64,000 nucleotides of DNA. It comes from Hormiphora californensis (taxonomy: Eukaryota; Animalia; Ctenophora). Location: NCBI GenBank assembly GCA_020137815.1, contig CM035360.1:5952001-6016000 (forward strand). Direction: 5' to 3'. Within the stretch, counting starts at the first letter, position 1; every line of letters begins with the position of its first letter. The notes under the pieces were generated by a model. That model made no database searches, was not told where the DNA came from, and was given only the letters and a program-made list of their open reading frames with translations. The translations under genes and the position numbers were made by a program. Positions 46,331 to 64,000 of the stretch are shown here, piece by piece.

Positions 46331-46546
46331 TTAAGACTATTTGAAATTTTCAAATTGAAAATACGATCTGAAGTGTGAAAGTACTTTTCGTCGAACAACA
46401 CAGCGCTACAGATCAAGTTTCATTCAGTTAATTTCCATTAGGAAGGCGTCCATGAGCGTTATATGCTGAAGACTCGTCTTGTCTCTTTGGTGAAAGATTC
46501 CGTCAAAATTGGTTCGTGCATCAGTCGGACATTTTTAAGCGCTGAA

Positions 46547-56336
<9,790 letters not shown>

Positions 56337-56899
56337 GATCTAAATAGAGATCAAGAGATAGAGAGACAGAGTTAAACGTATATTGTGTAACGTTTACGTG
56401 TTGTTTTTAGAAAATATCGAATCGTTGATGTCCTTGCAGAAAGTGTTCATCCCTCGAACGCAGAAACCACAAACCTCCGAAATTGCAAACCATCCGATGT
56501 GGTCGCCTTTTGGAACGCGCGAGCAATGCAGACTTTTACACGAAAAAAGTACAACAATGTATCGCGCTAATAGTTTGCACGCGCAATTACAACACGCGCC
56601 GCGCATACATATGTCATGTTTTTAGGCCGGATTTAGTAGATACAAAATTTAAAAACGGCCTTGAAAATTTAAGGCGTCAAGACCGCAGGCGACAGCAGTT
56701 TCTGGCGTCTGCAAAGGTCCCCGAGCTAGATCACTGGGCGTGGGAAGCTTGGTTAGGTGCAGCAATTCCAGATATATCCGTCTGTAAGTACTCAGTTTTG
56801 TTAGAAGATTGAAGATTCATCAAGAATTTTATGATTTTAGAGAAAGGTTTAGTTTTACAAAATACAAATAACAGATAGTTACTAAGCACAGAGTCTCAT

Positions 56900-57237
56900 T
56901 CAGCCGAATACACAGTTCTTCTGATTCACTGTCTATAATTCATAGTCATATCTTCTACAAAGCGTATTGGCGAAAAGACTGATAACCGACCGAGACCAGT
57001 AATTGTTACACTTGAAAGGAGGGAAACTTTGTTACAACTTCTAAGAAAACTTTTCTTCTTAGAAAAGCAAAACAGCTCCGAGATTCAGAGAAATTCTCCT
57101 CGGTGTTTCTCTCCCCCGACCTAACACCGGAGGAGCAGCGAGAGCGGAAAACTCTCGTTGATACAGTGAAAGGACTGAGGCGAGACAATCCGAATGGACG
57201 ATACTGGGTTAGCAGGGGGGTAATTAAATGTGGCTGA
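56900..57237 (+). mobile_element. Degenerate LINE ORF1 C-terminal fragment
   Basis: RIGEKTDNRPRPVIVTL..LLRKAKQLRDSEKFSSVFLSPDLTPEEQRERK, with a frameshift; typical of the L2/CR1-type ORF1 tail. Confidence 0.7.
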
Positions 57238-57380
57238 CCTGCTACATGTAATTTGTACTCTAACGAGACTTCAAAAGGAACCTTATGACTATCAATTTAG
57301 CCCACAAAAAGGGGCAGTATATGTTGTATTTTATCCAATGTATACATTTTAGAATTAATAATAATAATAAATAATAATGT

Positions 57381-60012
57381 CTATAATTCATCACCAGGAT
57401 ACACCGTGTTGATGTCCTCAGGCAGGGGCTGACTCGCCAGAAACTGCTGCTGAAGGAAGTCCACAACGGATAGAAGATTTCCCGAGGACTTGAGGGACAT
57501 CTTTTGGTCAGCATCCCTAACAAGCTTGGCAGTTATCGTAAAAGTGATATCTTTTTGGTAGTCACCTACAACAGGGTTATCAATTATAATGAGGTTCAAT
57601 GTTCATCACTCATCATCAACAGTCATGTCAGTAATATAGTGGCAACTTCTGTCTCGTCTGAATGAAGTTATCTAACTTCTAAATTCCCTTTCTTACCTTG
57701 TGCTTGAACGAGAACGTGGACAGGCCCAAATTCTTCTTTCTTAATATCAGTTGTCACCGAAGCAATCATAGCACCACTCGCATCGTAAAACTGCTGGCCC
57801 CTCCTTTTAACCTGCAGATACAGATATTGGTTACAAAGTACAAAGAAGTATTACTGCACAGAGTGAGATATCAGAACCTCGGTGGGAGCCTCTCACTGGG
57901 AGGTATGGGAGGGGGCAGGGTTAACTCACCACACCCCTGTAGGGGGGGGAGGTATGGGAGGGGGCAGGGTTAACTCCCCACACCCCTGTAGGGGGAGGTA
58001 TGGGAGGGGGCAGGGTTAACTCACCACACCCCTGTAGCACTCTTTGTTATTCAGCATCTTGTCAGTACACATGTATGCAGTCACACCTCCCGCTCTCCCG
58101 TCATTCGCTGCATCACTAACCTGCAACAACAATGTCTTTCTATCGCTCATATTGTAGTGAGATACAAAGATAATAAATATCAAATATAACAAATAGTATT
58201 TCCGTTCAGATTGAATTGCTCATGTGGGAAGCGTGACAGTCTCAGGCGACTCAACGTTCACACGTCAATAACGGTTTGTGGAGTCATCCTAAACTGCTTA
58301 CCAGGGAAACAGAGTTCATCCTTCGGGCGATATAGCTATCCTCAAAACAGAAGGGAACCTTATACTGACCAGTAGTTCCGGTTGTTAGTTTGGAAATGAA
58401 GGGCACTGCAACCTGCTCCATAACGTAGGTTTCCAGGTCCTTAGCTAGCTCAAAGTCACCATCAGAATCAATAGCGCTGTAATGGAGAAATGGTGTCAGA
58501 CATGTGTGTTTGTTTGTCTGCACAATGCTAGGTATATGGTGATCTGGATTCAACTGTCTGGCGGCGTCAGACCCCTATTCGATTCTCAGATGGAATCTGC
58601 GGCGCCAGATAGGGATTCAAGTAGTGCACAAGAGGTACGGTGAGAAGTGAGCTACACACTAACCTTGAGATGGCATCAGGTACAGGGTGAAATGCATCAT
58701 TCTCACTGGCAACCACCTCCAGACCATACTGGTAGGTAGCTGATCCGGAACTGGAGGTTACAAGCACATACAGATCATCAGGGCCCCCTGAAACAATATG
58801 GTGTGTTTGTTATCAAGAAATATGATGTGGTATGTTCTAACACTCTATTTGTAAATGAGGGGCACTGGGACAGAGAGGGTCGAACAAGGCAACCAAGGTT
58901 TGAATATATAGTCCTGAAACAATGAATTGTCAGGTCAATATAACTGTGTGATCTGGATATTATAAGTTATAACTGACATATTGTATTGGTTATCACGATG
59001 TGACAACTTACATGTTGCAGGGTCATATGTGAAGGGAGGACAGACGGGAGCAGGGTCAGCATCATTGTTACCAGCAGTGTCACACACTTTAGTTTTCATG
59101 TCCGCACTAAGAATGATTAATGGTTATCATTTAGTTACTATTATAGTTACCATTGGTTACCATTGGTTACTATTGGTTACCATTGGTTACTACCACTGCC
59201 ATTATACCACACAAAACCCAGTTGAACTCACTACTAAGTAGCAGCAGTTACTACCTTCACAACTACCTCTAACCCTGCAACTACTTACCTAGTGTAAACT
59301 CGCTACTTGCTACTAAGTAGCAGCAGTTACTACCTTCACAACTACATGTACCTCTAACCCTGCAACTACTCACCTAGTGTAAACTCGGAGTCGGAGCCAA
59401 TTGTCGTCTCCGATGGGCCTGCTGTCCCATTGAACGTTCATTAGGTACGCCTTCACAGTGAAACTCCACTTGCCGATGAACATGCCTTTACACAGAGGTG
59501 CCCTGTTATAGGAGATAGAGTTGTTGTTAGCGAACTGACAGAAACCAATAATAAACTATCATAACTTGATCCCCCTTATGGCGGTTCTGACCCCCTGTAG
59601 CTGTTTGGGACGGTCCCTGTTTACCCCAACTTTCCTACCTGAAGAGTTGTTCCTTGTTTTCATTTATCACCATGGATGTTTCAGGGGAGTAGCTGATACC
59701 CACTGTCTTGTACTCGATCGGAGTTGTGGAACTCACTCCTGCATTATGGAGGGGGTTTACAGGGGGACGGGGGTACAGAGCTAATAGAATATCGGTTACA
59801 GTGGTGCTCCGTCATATATTGGCGGAGCACTACTGTTAGGTTGTTAAAGAAACATCGCTGATATAATCGATATATCCAATAGGATGCCAGCTCAAGTAAA
59901 GCTAGTATAATTTTGAACATAAAGGTGTATGACGGTTAAAATACTAGAAGAAGGATCACTCACCCCATGATAGCACGGTTGCAATAGCAAATAGGACCGT
60001 TACAGAGGACAT
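57381..60012 (-). CDS. Unknown multi-exon protein with signal peptide and C-terminal GDEL
   Basis: About 8 exons with GT/AG ends; starts MSSVTVLFAIATVLSW; internal KVPFCFED, GGVTAYMCTD, FYDASGAMIASV..GPVHVLVQAQ; ends VYPGDEL*. Two joins need a small indel to stay in frame. Confidence 0.7.
57898..58037. repeat. ~48-bp tandem repeat x3 spanning an exon end and donor site
   Basis: Unit gggaggtatgggagggggcagggttaactcaccacacccctgtag. Confidence 0.9.
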
Positions 60013-60420
60013 GACAACAATAGAGTAGTAATTCTGTCTATAAACAGGAGATGAGAGAATTGTAGCAGAGAATGAGCTGAATATATTGCCTTTGTGCTTG
60101 CTTTTATACCTGCCTTATCTACTCACTGGGCTTATTGAACCATGGGTCATGGGAAAGAATAACAAAACTGTCGACTCAAGATTAGGTTTTGGGGTGACTT
60201 TGTCATTAGATCACCCTGGAGCTCTGCAGTGCTTCTAAATTATTCCATGGTATAACATGGTTTGGTTACGAAATCTCGCACGCGGAGGGGTAATTTCATT
60301 ACCAATAACATAGTAGAGTCGATATTACGCTATGCACGGTTTTATACCTTCTCCACTATTTACCAGTTATCTCTATTAACCACCAATTTTAACCCAGCTT
60401 ACAGCTCAATGGTCTGAAGT
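60013..60420. promoter_or_regulatory. Probable bidirectional promoter region
   Basis: 408 bp between divergent ATGs; central CpG-containing patch near 60268-60290; a pyrimidine-AG acceptor precedes each ATG. Confidence 0.5.

Positions 60421-64000
<3,580 letters not shown>

Overview
Eukaryotic, intron-rich but gene-dense DNA. It looks like a ctenophore (inferred from a leader sequence that I recall as the Pleurobrachia-type spliced leader, plus compact genes with short introns). About 14 protein genes are present, 13 of them on the + strand: the 3' part of an Ig/VWD/C8 protein, a DNAJB-type Hsp40, MARS1, PREB/SEC12, NGDN, NT5C2-like, a small membrane protein, a TPX2-like protein, PPP1R8, OVCA2, glutaminase (with an antisense tRNA-Glu in an intron), LYPLA1/2 and the 5' part of RTEL1. 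One unknown signal-peptide/GDEL protein lies on the - strand. Introns carry many MITEs, a near full-length CR1/L2-group LINE and LINE fragments. Best leads: (1) a short Penelope-like retroposon in which an SL-like exon is fused directly to a hammerhead ribozyme core, while a second copy starts at the predicted self-cleavage site; (2) operon-like co-directional gene runs with 157-345 nt gaps and an AG acceptor just before nearly every ATG; (3) a U_UUU_UUA -1 frameshift candidate linking LINE ORF1 to an AUG-less ORF2 start. Several essential genes show single-base frameshifts that are most likely assembly errors. Exon coordinates were read by eye.
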